Of a DNA stretch of 32,000 nucleotides, positions 1 through 9,103 are shown in pieces. Position numbers and translations under genes: made by a program. Source of the DNA: Candidatus Kuenenia stuttgartensis (GTDB lineage Bacteria > Planctomycetota > Brocadiia > Brocadiales > Brocadiaceae); assembly GCF_900232105.1 (NCBI RefSeq), contig NZ_LT934425.1, forward strand, positions 330,001 to 362,000, in the 5' to 3' direction. The notes beneath the pieces are model-generated. The model was not told the DNA's origin. It worked only from the letters and a program-made list of their open reading frames with translations, and made no database searches. Within the stretch, counting starts at the first letter, position 1. Each line of letters starts with the position of its first letter.

Positions 1-869
1 ATTTTTTGGCTTCTAAATCTGCGAATAATTGATGAACGCTTGTCCTGTGCGAGTCCGGCGTGCATATACTCAATATCATGAAAATCTTTCCTAAGCAGCC
101 GAAACAGAGAGTCAACCATGTGCCGTGCATTACAGAAGATAAGCGCCTGGTTCACCTCCTCGCCCTTGAGATATTTAACGAGTTCTTCATGCTTTTGTTT
201 CGGGTTGACATAAGAAAAATAATGTTCAATGCTTTCCGGTGCAGATCTCTTTGTAACAAGCGATATATACTGGGGTTCATGCAAACAGTCTTGTGTAAGT
301 TTTTTTATATCATCGGGCATCGTTGCGGAAAAAAGCAGTGTTTGATGTTTGTGCCGTATACATGACAAAATGAATTCGATATCCTCAAGGAATCCTACCT
401 TTAGCAGCTCGTCCGCCTCATCAAGGATAACACATTTTATCCGTGCAAATGAAAGTATCCCTTCGTACAAAAGATCTATGAGCCGTCCTGGGGTTGCCAC
501 TAAAATATGCACTGTCTGTTTTACTCTGGCTATCTGTGCCGCCCTATCAAATCCGCCATAAACGGCATAAGGGATAACGTCCGTTTTTGCCGCTATTTTC
601 CTGATCTCCTCCACATACTGCATACACAATTCACGAGTCGGAACAATCACAAGTCCCTGAATGGCGTCGAGGGAGGGATCAACTTTTTGAATAAGTGGGA
701 TGGCGCAGGCTGCCGTCTTTCCCGACCCAGTCTCTGCCAGGGCACATAAATCATGGCCTGCGAAGATTATAGGGTAAGTCGCCTCCTGGATGGGAGTCAT
801 TTCATTATATCCCATTTTATCGAGGGCTTTGAGGATGTCTGCAGAAAGCTCAAGGTCGCTGAATTTCAT
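1..869 (-). CDS. DEAD-box ATP-dependent RNA helicase (C-terminus truncated by window edge)
   Basis: Manual reverse-strand translation from ATG at 869: MKFSDLELSADILKALDKMGYNEMTPIQEATYPIIFAGHDLCALAETGSGKTAACAIP...PTRELC...VATPGRLIDLL...DEADELLKVGFLEDIEFI...LLFSATMPDDIKKL...; open to position 1. Q-motif, Walker A, DEAD and SAT motifs present. Confidence 0.93.
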   Translation of the reverse strand, partial: MKFSDLELSADILKALDKMGYNEMTPIQEATYPIIFAGHDLCALAETGSGKTAACAIPLIQKVDPSLDAIQGLVIVPTRELCMQYVEEIRKIAAKTDVIPYAVYGGFDRAAQIARVKQTVHILVATPGRLIDLLYEGILSFARIKCVILDEADELLKVGFLEDIEFILSCIRHKHQTLLFSATMPDDIKKLTQDCLHEPQYISLVTKRSAPESIEHYFSYVNPKQKHEELVKYLKGEEVNQALIFCNARHMVDSLFRLLRKDFHDIEYMHAGLAQDKRSSIIRRFRSQK

Positions 870-1054
870 GTATAGTTATCCCCCTCCACAAGGCAATGAC
901 CGCATAAATAGAACACAATGGCATTGGGTTAATTAAAAAGTTTTTACTCATATCATTTTTTTAAATCTATCTCCTTAAACATAAACCTTAATTTTTCACA
1001 AATTAAATCTTTTCCACTTCATTATCCTGTATTTTTTCCAGCATGGGTGGTTAA

Positions 1055-1174
1055 GGTTGCAACCAAATGTCATTAAGTTAAAGTTGTTTGATTAAAAACA
1101 ACCCCCTTTATCCCCCTTTATTAAGGGAGACTTTTGCGGCAGGTAGATTAACTTAATGACATTGGCTTGCAAAC
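1055..1174. repeat. short copy of inverted-repeat element (element A1)
   Basis: Left arm 1055-1081 GGTTGCAACCAAATGTCATTAAGTTAA matches reverse complement of right arm 1148-1174 at 24/27; encloses CCCCCTTTATTAAGGG-type hairpin. Confidence 0.75.
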
Positions 1175-1302
1175 CTGAACGGGCGGGAATATCGTTAATT
1201 TTGCAGTGATTACGATGTGATTGTCCTGGCAGACCCATCAATCATAGAGAATACGTGCAATACGCCCTATACAAGAATAGTTTTAAATTCTTTAACGTTG
1301 AA

Positions 1303-3822
1303 TTATACTGGCACCGGAGACATTTTCCATATTTCATTATTATATTCTTCTATCGTTCTGTCACTGGAAAATTTGCCGCTGCAGGCAGTATTCAAGATGC
1401 TCATCCTCGTCCATTTATTCTGATCCCGATACGCCTCTGCTACTTTTTTCTGAGCGTTGACATAACTTCTGAAATCTGCAATCGTCATCCACGGGTCGTT
1501 CGGACTGGTAAGCGAATGAATAATGCTATCAAATATTTTATATTCAAACTGGTTGAAATGGCCGCTTGTAAGTAACTGCATCACGCGAAGCAAGTCCTCG
1601 TCCGTGTGAATAATCGCATCCGGGTTATAGTTTTTTCGTAATTGGAAAACTTCTTCAGCAGTCAAACCAAAAAAAAAGAGGTTTTCATCTCCAACTTCTT
1701 TGCGAATTTCAATGTTAGCGCCGTCGAGTGTGCCGATAGTTATAGCGCCGTTCATCATGAATTTCATATTTCCCGTGCCCGAGGCTTCTTTTCCTGCCGT
1801 AGAAATTTGTTCGGAAAGGTCTGTGCCAGGGGCAATAATTTCCATGGCAGTTACAGAATAATTCGGCAAAAAAACCACTTTTAAATATTCGTGCATCTTT
1901 GGATCGGCGTTAATTACCTCCGCAACATTATTTATCAATTTAATAATGGTTTTTGCCATAAAATATCCCGAAGCGGCTTTTCCGCCAAAAAGGATGAGTC
2001 GCGGAGTCCAATTTGCATCGTCGCCACGCTTCACGCGATCATACAAATGTACCACATGGAGAATATTAAGCAATTGACGTTTATATTCATGAAAACGCTT
2101 TACCTGCACATCATACAGGGCGAATGCGTCAACCACAATACCACAACCCTGTTTTATAAGCGCCGCCAAGCGTTTTTTATTATGCATTTTTATCTCCCGC
2201 CATCGCAAGCAAAATTCCTTGTCGTTAACATAGTTTTTTAGCAGGTGTAATTGCGGTAAGTCAGTTATCCATCCATTCCCGATTTTTTCTGTGATAAGGC
2301 TGCTTAATGCCGGATTTGCCCAGCCCAGCCACCTTCGTGGAGTGACGCCATTTGTCTTATTGTTGAATTTTTCCGGCCATAGCTCATAAAAATCACGAAA
2401 CAATCCTTCCGTTAATAATTTAGTATGCAGTGCCGCGACGCCGTTTACGGAGAAACTGCAGACAATAGCAAGGTGTGCCATACGGGCATATGGTTCATTG
2501 CCGTCTCCGATAATCGACATGCGCATTTGCCGTTCAATATCGCCCGGCCAACGTCGCGCCACTTCTGAGATAAAACGTGCATTAATTTCATAGATAATAT
2601 CGAGCAATCGCGGCAGCAGTTCGCGGAACATACGCACCGGCCATTTTTCCAGCGCCTCAGAAAGTAAGGTATGGTTTGTATATGCCATAACGTTGTGGGT
2701 AATGTCCCATGCCTCATCCCATTCCATTCGATATTCATCCATCAGCAAGCGCATCAATTCCGCCGTTGCGATAGCGGGATGAGTGTCGTTCATTTGAAAA
2801 CAGTTTTTTTCAGCAAATTCGCTAAAATCATACCCATATAGTCGCACCCAATGGCGTAACACATCCTGCAGGCTTGCTGATGCGAGAAAATATTGCTGTT
2901 TCAGGCGCAGCACCTTGCCGTTTTCACTGACGTCATTCGGGTATAAAACCATGGTAATATATTCCGCGGCGCTTTTCGCGGCAACAGATTCAGGATAACT
3001 GCCCGCGTTAAACTCTCCCAGATTAAACTCATCTGTGGCGGAAGAAGACCACAATCGCAACGTATTTACGGTTCCATTCCGGTACCCTGGTATCGCAATG
3101 TCATAGGGCGTCGCCAATACATCCTGCGTATTTACCCAACGTGCGAACAACCTTCCGTCTTCGCCGCGATAAAATTCAGTTCGTCCGCCAAAATGCACGC
3201 GGCACATGTATTCCGGACGTTCCAGCTCCCAGGGATTTCCGTAGCGCAGCCAACGGTCGGGTTCTTCCACCTGTTCGCCATTTTCTATACACTGCCGAAA
3301 CATTCCGTATTCGTAACGAATCCCGTACCCCACAACCGGCAACTGCAACGTGGCGCAGCTATCAAGAAAACATGCGGCAAGCCGTCCCAGGCCCCCGTTG
3401 CCTAAACCGGCGTCGTGTTCCGCCTCGCTCACCTCTTCCAATACGTAGCCAAGTTCCTGCATGCCATGGGAAACCTCGTCAACAATGCCAAGATTGACCA
3501 TGGCATTGCTCAACGTCCTCCCGGGGAGATATTCCATAGACAAATAATACGTACATTTGCATTTGCTTTCATGATAGGCATAGCGGGTCTTTTTCCAACG
3601 TTCCAATAACCGGTCACGGAGCACTAACGCCAGCGCATTATATGAATAGTGTAATAAACGACAATGCTTGTCTCGCCCCAGGGTATCACTAAAATACCGT
3701 CGATACTCTTCCCCGATATCTTTAGCGCTCATCCCTAAAGGCGGAAGCTCTGTGAGTGTAGATACTGGTTTGCTCTGTTTTAAAGTCTTATAGGGAAGGA
3801 TTAGTTCTTTCCGTTTTTCCAT
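1303..3822 (-). CDS. glgP: glycogen/starch/alpha-glucan phosphorylase
   Basis: 839-aa ORF; family segments YYLSMEYLPGRTLSNAM, GLGNGGLGRLAACFLDS, YGIRYEYGMFRQ, MNDTHPAIATAELMRLL, KFNNKTNGVTPRRWL, VKRFHEYKRQLLN, EQISTAGKEASGTGNMKFMMNGAITIGTLDGANIEI. Confidence 0.97.
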   Translation of the reverse strand: MEKRKELILPYKTLKQSKPVSTLTELPPLGMSAKDIGEEYRRYFSDTLGRDKHCRLLHYSYNALALVLRDRLLERWKKTRYAYHESKCKCTYYLSMEYLPGRTLSNAMVNLGIVDEVSHGMQELGYVLEEVSEAEHDAGLGNGGLGRLAACFLDSCATLQLPVVGYGIRYEYGMFRQCIENGEQVEEPDRWLRYGNPWELERPEYMCRVHFGGRTEFYRGEDGRLFARWVNTQDVLATPYDIAIPGYRNGTVNTLRLWSSSATDEFNLGEFNAGSYPESVAAKSAAEYITMVLYPNDVSENGKVLRLKQQYFLASASLQDVLRHWVRLYGYDFSEFAEKNCFQMNDTHPAIATAELMRLLMDEYRMEWDEAWDITHNVMAYTNHTLLSEALEKWPVRMFRELLPRLLDIIYEINARFISEVARRWPGDIERQMRMSIIGDGNEPYARMAHLAIVCSFSVNGVAALHTKLLTEGLFRDFYELWPEKFNNKTNGVTPRRWLGWANPALSSLITEKIGNGWITDLPQLHLLKNYVNDKEFCLRWREIKMHNKKRLAALIKQGCGIVVDAFALYDVQVKRFHEYKRQLLNILHVVHLYDRVKRGDDANWTPRLILFGGKAASGYFMAKTIIKLINNVAEVINADPKMHEYLKVVFLPNYSVTAMEIIAPGTDLSEQISTAGKEASGTGNMKFMMNGAITIGTLDGANIEIRKEVGDENLFFFGLTAEEVFQLRKNYNPDAIIHTDEDLLRVMQLLTSGHFNQFEYKIFDSIIHSLTSPNDPWMTIADFRSYVNAQKKVAEAYRDQNKWTRMSILNTACSGKFSSDRTIEEYNNEIWKMSPVPV

Positions 3823-3963
3823 TATTTAGATACCTCCTAACCTGGCATAGCCAGAACTAAACAGTCATTAGTCATTGGTCCACCACCTACTGCCGACTTT
3901 AGATCGCTGACTGCAGAATGAACTATTAAATATTTTGCCAAAAAATGTAAAGAAATTACACAT

Positions 3964-4365
3964 GGCGGGTTCAAGTTTGCAACTCAATGTCATTAAGTTA
4001 AGAATTATTGTAACACTTTGGTTTTTAAAAAAACGTATTACCGATAAGTTTGTAGATAGGATACCATAACAGATCGTAGAGACAGGTTTGAAACCTGTCT
4101 CTATAATCAGGAGCGGCCTGTCTTCCTGTCAATCATATACAGGCCGCTCCTACGGAGCTATTTACCTGTTGAATTTTATTGCGCTACAAACAGACCGCCC
4201 CTAAAGGGGCTGCATTGTTTTTAATGTCCCCTTGGATTTTTCAAATAACTAAGGTGCTATGAATTATTTGATCAAAAACAACCCCCTTTTTTCCCCTTTA
4301 TTAAGGGGGACTTTTGCGGCCGTTTGCTTAACTTAATGACATTGGGTTACAACCCTGAACCCGCC
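3964..4365. repeat. long copy of inverted-repeat element (element A2) with 39-nt TIRs and internal hairpins
   Basis: Left arm 3964-4002 GGCGGGTTCAAGTTTGCAACTCAATGTCATTAAGTTAAG; right arm 4327-4365 is its reverse complement at 35/39. Internal perfect stems at 4080-4102, 4109-4151, 4197-4210 and 4293-4308. Confidence 0.82.
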
Positions 4366-4407
4366 TGAAGTGCAAAGAAATTACTGACAAGGTACTATAT
4401 TATTGCA

Positions 4408-4911
4408 TTATTGCCAGGGCCAGACTTCGACTAAGATTGTATATCCGGCAATACCAGTTACTATGGCATTAACAATTGTCCAGTAACCGGTAATTTTTTC
4501 AATAGCCTTTCCGAGTCCAAGCAGCAGAAAAAACATAAACCACAAACTCGCCCACATTAACCACAATATAAGTAATCCTATATCAGGCATTGCAGTAAAT
4601 GACGTCGGAACGGCGACTACAGACACTAATAAGCAATACCATCCTAATCCCTTGCCCTCATGGTTCCCCAGAGCGTTGATGCCTACCCATAAATAGGTAA
4701 ATCCAAACAACAGGGACTGCATGGCATAAAAATAGGTTATTATTTCTCCACCGTGAACGAAAACAGTCCGCATAGCTCCGGCCACAATAAGAGCACCGGC
4801 AAACAGGTTCATTGGAAATACATGCTTTGCGCTTAACTTTCCCAAAACCATCAAGCCATTCATAAACAGAACAAAGCCAACATACACCAGTGCAACGCCT
4901 AACATTCCCAC
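4408..4911 (-). CDS. AmiS/UreI-family channel/transporter-like membrane protein
   Basis: 167-aa, strongly hydrophobic, several predicted TM helices; N-terminal LGVALVYVGFVLFMNGLMVLGKL and YAMQSLLFGFTYLWVGINAL and internal WCLLVSVVAVPT pattern resemble AmiS/UreI proteins. Confidence 0.72.
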   Translation of the reverse strand: MGMLGVALVYVGFVLFMNGLMVLGKLSAKHVFPMNLFAGALIVAGAMRTVFVHGGEIITYFYAMQSLLFGFTYLWVGINALGNHEGKGLGWYCLLVSVVAVPTSFTAMPDIGLLILWLMWASLWFMFFLLLGLGKAIEKITGYWTIVNAIVTGIAGYTILVEVWPWQ

Positions 4912-4980
4912 AGCAACCGCTCCTATTTTTAAATCAGTTTCTTAAACCATTTACATTCAGAAAAACCACACACGGCGCAC

Positions 4981-6330
4981 TTATTTATGTTTTAATGGAC
5001 GTGGCGCAGTCTTTATATTTGCGGATAAGGGACGAGTAGTTTTGGTCTTTATAAAGGAATATTGTTTTTTCATTGTGGAAGTGCTCATATCCTTTTTTAA
5101 ATCAGTCTTTCCCCTAGTATCACTTTTTTGGTGCCAATCCATTTTATTGCGTACAATTTTTTTCTGTGTTGGTGCAGCATGTGTTCCGGTGTTTTTTAAT
5201 GCAGGCATAGAATAGTCGAAATCTTCCAGGGTATATCGTTCGATACGTGAGCCAAGGATGTTTTCAATACCGCGTACCATTGCTTTATCATCTTCTGTTA
5301 CCAGGGTAAAAGCATCTCCGGTACGCGCCGCACGACCTGTTCTGCCAATACGATGGACATATGCCTCCGGGGTATCAGGAATATCATAGTTAATAACATG
5401 TGAAATTTGTGAAATGTCTATGCCGCGTGCTGCAATATCTGTCGCCACAAGGATCTGGTAGGCGCCATTTCTAAACCCACCTAAAGCCGCCTGTCGTTGT
5501 GGTTGTGACAAATTCCCCTGAAACGACGTCGCCTTGTACCCAGCCCTTATTAACCGGTCGCCCAGGCTCTTTGCCCGGTACTTGGTACGGGTAAAAATCA
5601 GCACAGACTGGGTGTCTGTATGTTGCAATATCTTCAGAAGAAGGGGTATTTTAAGATGTTGTTTCACCGGATATAAGGCGTGTTTAACCGTGGATGCCGG
5701 AGCGGTTTTCCCTAATTGAACAGTCACCGGTTTTGTTAGCGCTTCCTGCGCCAACTTTCGGATCTCATCTGGCATGGTCGCGGAAAAAAGCAATGTTTGC
5801 CGTTTATGCGACAGACACTTTATTATCTTTCTGATATCCGGAAGAAATCCCATGTCGAACATATGATCCGCTTCATCGAGCACCAACACCTCTACCCTTG
5901 AAAGTTCGATGGTCCTTTGTTTCATATGGTCCAAAAGCCTTCCAGGGCAGGCAACAACAATCTCTACGCCGCTTCTGAGTCTATTGATCTGCTGGGTAAT
6001 GCTAACGCCCCCGTAAATGCTAATGCTTCTTAATGATGTTTTTGACCCGAGGGTTTTGAAATCCTGAAGAACCTGTTCAGCCAGTTCACGGGTTGGGACG
6101 ATAACAAGAGCACGTATTTTGCCGCGTTCTCCCTGCATCAATCTGTGTAGTATCGGCAACACAAATGCGGCTGTCTTGCCGGTGCCTGTCTGCGCCAGGC
6201 CCATTACATCTGTCCCCTCCAAAATCAGCGGAATTGCCTGTAATTGAATCGGCGTTGGGGTGACATACCCGACCGATTTTATACCTGCAACAATGTTAGA
6301 ATTAAAATTAAACGTTTGAAAATTTTTCAT
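4981..6330 (-). CDS. DEAD-box ATP-dependent RNA helicase (RhlE-like)
   Basis: 449-aa ORF with F..F...I...GY..PTPIQ, AQTGTGKTA, PTRELA, DEAD, SAT, HRIGRTGRA motifs and a basic C-terminal tail. Confidence 0.95.
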   Translation of the reverse strand: MKNFQTFNFNSNIVAGIKSVGYVTPTPIQLQAIPLILEGTDVMGLAQTGTGKTAAFVLPILHRLMQGERGKIRALVIVPTRELAEQVLQDFKTLGSKTSLRSISIYGGVSITQQINRLRSGVEIVVACPGRLLDHMKQRTIELSRVEVLVLDEADHMFDMGFLPDIRKIIKCLSHKRQTLLFSATMPDEIRKLAQEALTKPVTVQLGKTAPASTVKHALYPVKQHLKIPLLLKILQHTDTQSVLIFTRTKYRAKSLGDRLIRAGYKATSFQGNLSQPQRQAALGGFRNGAYQILVATDIAARGIDISQISHVINYDIPDTPEAYVHRIGRTGRAARTGDAFTLVTEDDKAMVRGIENILGSRIERYTLEDFDYSMPALKNTGTHAAPTQKKIVRNKMDWHQKSDTRGKTDLKKDMSTSTMKKQYSFIKTKTTRPLSANIKTAPRPLKHK

Positions 6331-6984
6331 AAACCCCTTCTTTCATAAAATATTGTAGGAATAAACTATTCCTATTGTACTATTGTCAGGCCAGCAACAT
6401 GCTTCCCGTCGCTGTAAAAACGTGACATCTGTATATATAATTACCCGTCATTTCCCCTCTTGCACAAGGAAGGAACTACGGGGATGTTTAAAATATAACC
6501 CCTCCGATTCCCTGATAACTTTCAAAGAAAACCAAATACATCAAAAACAACACAACGTCGGGATCGTGATTGGCTGCGTTATAATTCCTTTTAGAATTAT
6601 TTGATAAAACTATGTTTTTTTGGTATATGGCGGAAGAACAACTCATACAATAGGCTAGTAACGGATATGATAATGTTCTTTCTTCTCTGAAAAAAAATAC
6701 CTCTGAAAAACAGAGTATTGGGAATCAGGTAACGATTTTTTTCATCAAAAGAGAAGGTTGTGAACAATTTGTGGACGATGTTTCGCAGAAAATCATATTA
6801 CAACATGCTTTCTTTTATTATTTTCGTATATTTAGCAAATTAAACAGTGCCCAAATTCATCATCAATCACATAATAATATCGTATAATAATAAATTTACC
6901 AGTTAAATGATAAAAATATTCCTTACTCTGCATTTTCCCTTTTCTTTAAACATCCCTAAATTGTCATCTTCGGAACCAAACAAG

Positions 6985-7212
6985 CAGGAGATAAATAAAT
7001 ACTAAACACGAAATCCGAAACGAATCCTAAATTCACCCCGCTATATAACATTCAATAGTGCATTTACTATTGTTAGATAATTCAGATAATTGTGTATCAG
7101 ACGGTGTAAAATTTTCAAATGTTCAAATGTTCAAAACCCGTTTTTTTTTCATTGGGATTTTGCATTTTAAAATTTGTTTCGGATTTCGTGCTTCGTATTT
7201 CTTTATCTCCTG
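6985..7212. repeat. MITE-like intergenic element with 41-nt imperfect terminal inverted repeats
   Basis: Left arm 6985-7025 CAGGAGATAAATAAATACTAAACACGAAATCCGAAACGAAT; right arm 7172-7212 is its reverse complement at 37/41 positions. Confidence 0.8.
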
Positions 7213-7401
7213 ATTGCCTGGCCCTTGATTTGTTCAGATTAAATGTGGGCGAACTATGATCAATTTTCAAACAGCCAAATTGTTATAATTTTGATAATAT
7301 TGCCGAAAAAATTAAAAATGCTTGCAATCGTCTTCCATTTTAGTTTAACATGTGTTCTACATGGAAAGTGTGGTTTCCTATCACTTATTAAATAAAACAT
7401 A

Positions 7402-8880
7402 TTGAATATATTATTAATATACCCTGAATTCCCGGATACATTCTGGAGTTTTAAACACGCCCTTAAATTCATACGCAAAAAGGCATCCTTTCCCCCGCTA
7501 GGACTCCTGACAGTTGCTGCAATGCTGCCGTCGGAGTGGTCAAAGCGACTTATAGACGTCAATGTAACAAAACTCACGGATGACGATCTGTTATGGGCAG
7601 ATTATGCGTTTATCAGCGGCATGGTTGTCCAAAGAACGTCGGCAAAACATATCATTGGCCGTTGCAGTAAAGCCGGTGTTAAGGTGGTTGCCGGAGGCCC
7701 TTTATTCACGAGCGAACATGAACAGTTTGAGAATGTCGATCATTTCGTACTCAACGAAGCGGAGCTAACCCTGTCACCCTTTTTGGAAGACCTGAATAAT
7801 AATTGCGCTAAACGTGTATACATCTCATCTAATTTTGCCGACATTCAAAAAACACCAACCCCTCTGTGGGAGTTAGCCGATCTGAATCAATACGCCTCAA
7901 TGAGCATACAGTACTCTCGAGGTTGTCCATACCACTGCGAGTTTTGCAACGTGACTTCATTATTTGGACGACGTACACGCACCAAAACTGTTGAACAGAT
8001 TATTGCCGAGTTGGATAGTTTCTATAACAGGGGTTGGCGTGGGCCTGTATTCTTCGTAGATGACAATCTCCTAGGTAATAAAAAAACCCTCAAAAACGAA
8101 CTACTGCCAGCCCTGATCAAATGGCAAGGCGAACATGTGCCGATAACGTTTAACACCGAAATTTCCATTAACATTGCCGATGATGAATCCCTGATGCAAA
8201 TGATGTCCGAGGCGGGCTTTATTACGGTTTTTATCGGGATCGAAACGCCGGATACGGATAGCCTGGCAGAATGTAACAAAAAACAGAATAAAAACCGTAA
8301 CCTCCTCGAAGACGTACGGCGTATTCAGCGGGCCGGACTGCAGGTACAAGCGGGTTTTATCGTTGGTTTTGACAGCGACACACCATCCATCTTTCAGCGA
8401 CAAATTGATTTTATACAAAATAGCGGGATTGTGTCTGCGATGATTGGCCTGCTTCAGGCCCCGACAGGAACGCGGCTATACGAACGCCTAATGCAGGAGG
8501 GGCGCTTGCTTGGACAGATGTCTGGAGACAATGTAGACGGCACCACTAACATTATCCCTAAAATGGATATTGATACATTCCGGGAAGGATATAAAAAAAT
8601 ATTGAAACACATTTATACTCCCAAAAACCACTATCAGCGCATAAAGACCCTCTTTCGGGAATATAAAACGCCAAAGATTAAAGCGCAAATTACCTTTAAT
8701 GATATACTGGCGTTATTCCGCGCCATCTACTACCTTGGCATCCTTGGCAATGAACGCTTTCACTTTTGGAAGCTCTTGTTATGGACATCCTTTCACCATC
8801 GGGAATTATTACCACTTTCCATTACCCTTGCAGTTTACGGCTACCATTTCCGCAAGGTCAGCAAATTACACGTCCTGTAA
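7402..8880 (+). CDS. B12-binding domain radical SAM protein (DUF4070-type)
   Basis: TTG start. MNILLIYPEFPDTFWSFKHALKFIRKKASFPPLGLLTVAAMLP; radical SAM motif SRGCPYHCEFCNVTSLFG; downstream FVDDNLLGNKK, FIGIETPD, QVQAGFIVGFDSD, TGTRLYERL. Confidence 0.92.
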   Translation: MNILLIYPEFPDTFWSFKHALKFIRKKASFPPLGLLTVAAMLPSEWSKRLIDVNVTKLTDDDLLWADYAFISGMVVQRTSAKHIIGRCSKAGVKVVAGGPLFTSEHEQFENVDHFVLNEAELTLSPFLEDLNNNCAKRVYISSNFADIQKTPTPLWELADLNQYASMSIQYSRGCPYHCEFCNVTSLFGRRTRTKTVEQIIAELDSFYNRGWRGPVFFVDDNLLGNKKTLKNELLPALIKWQGEHVPITFNTEISINIADDESLMQMMSEAGFITVFIGIETPDTDSLAECNKKQNKNRNLLEDVRRIQRAGLQVQAGFIVGFDSDTPSIFQRQIDFIQNSGIVSAMIGLLQAPTGTRLYERLMQEGRLLGQMSGDNVDGTTNIIPKMDIDTFREGYKKILKHIYTPKNHYQRIKTLFREYKTPKIKAQITFNDILALFRAIYYLGILGNERFHFWKLLLWTSFHHRELLPLSITLAVYGYHFRKVSKLHVL

Positions 8881-9103
8881 ATCAAAAAAGTCCAGAGGGA
8901 ATTGGACTCGTCCTTTAGAAGGCCTTTGTCAATCTGAAATTGCATTGTATAAATTGAAACACAGAATACCGACAGGGGGATTGAATCTTTATTGCTGTAA
9001 AATTACCCGGAAAAGATTCTTCAGGTGTATCTCAGTGTTTTAAGGTATGAATATGAAAAATGCAGTGGCAAAATAAAAAGGGGCTTCGTCAATAAGGCAT
9101 TCC

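Noticed and set aside
60-749. Three + strand ORFs (60-365, 349-561, 507-749)
   Set aside because: Antisense to the truncated DEAD-box helicase, whose - strand translation contains all family motifs.
918-935. Third copy of the element family near aatggcattgggttaatt
   Set aside because: Only about 14-15 nt match the right arm, too short to distinguish from chance.
1642-3609. Multiple + and - strand ORFs overlapping the phosphorylase
   Set aside because: Shadow ORFs of glgP; repetitive low-confidence peptides with no domain features.
7260-7577. 105-aa - strand ORF over the radical SAM start
   Set aside because: Overlaps the supported CDS antisense and shows no family resemblance.
7580-8688. 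Short ORFs inside the radical SAM gene
   Set aside because: Entirely overlapped by a 492-aa ORF with clear motifs.
8699-9043. 114-aa + strand ORF overlapping the end of the radical SAM gene
   Set aside because: Out of frame with a well-supported CDS for much of its length and no recognisable domain.
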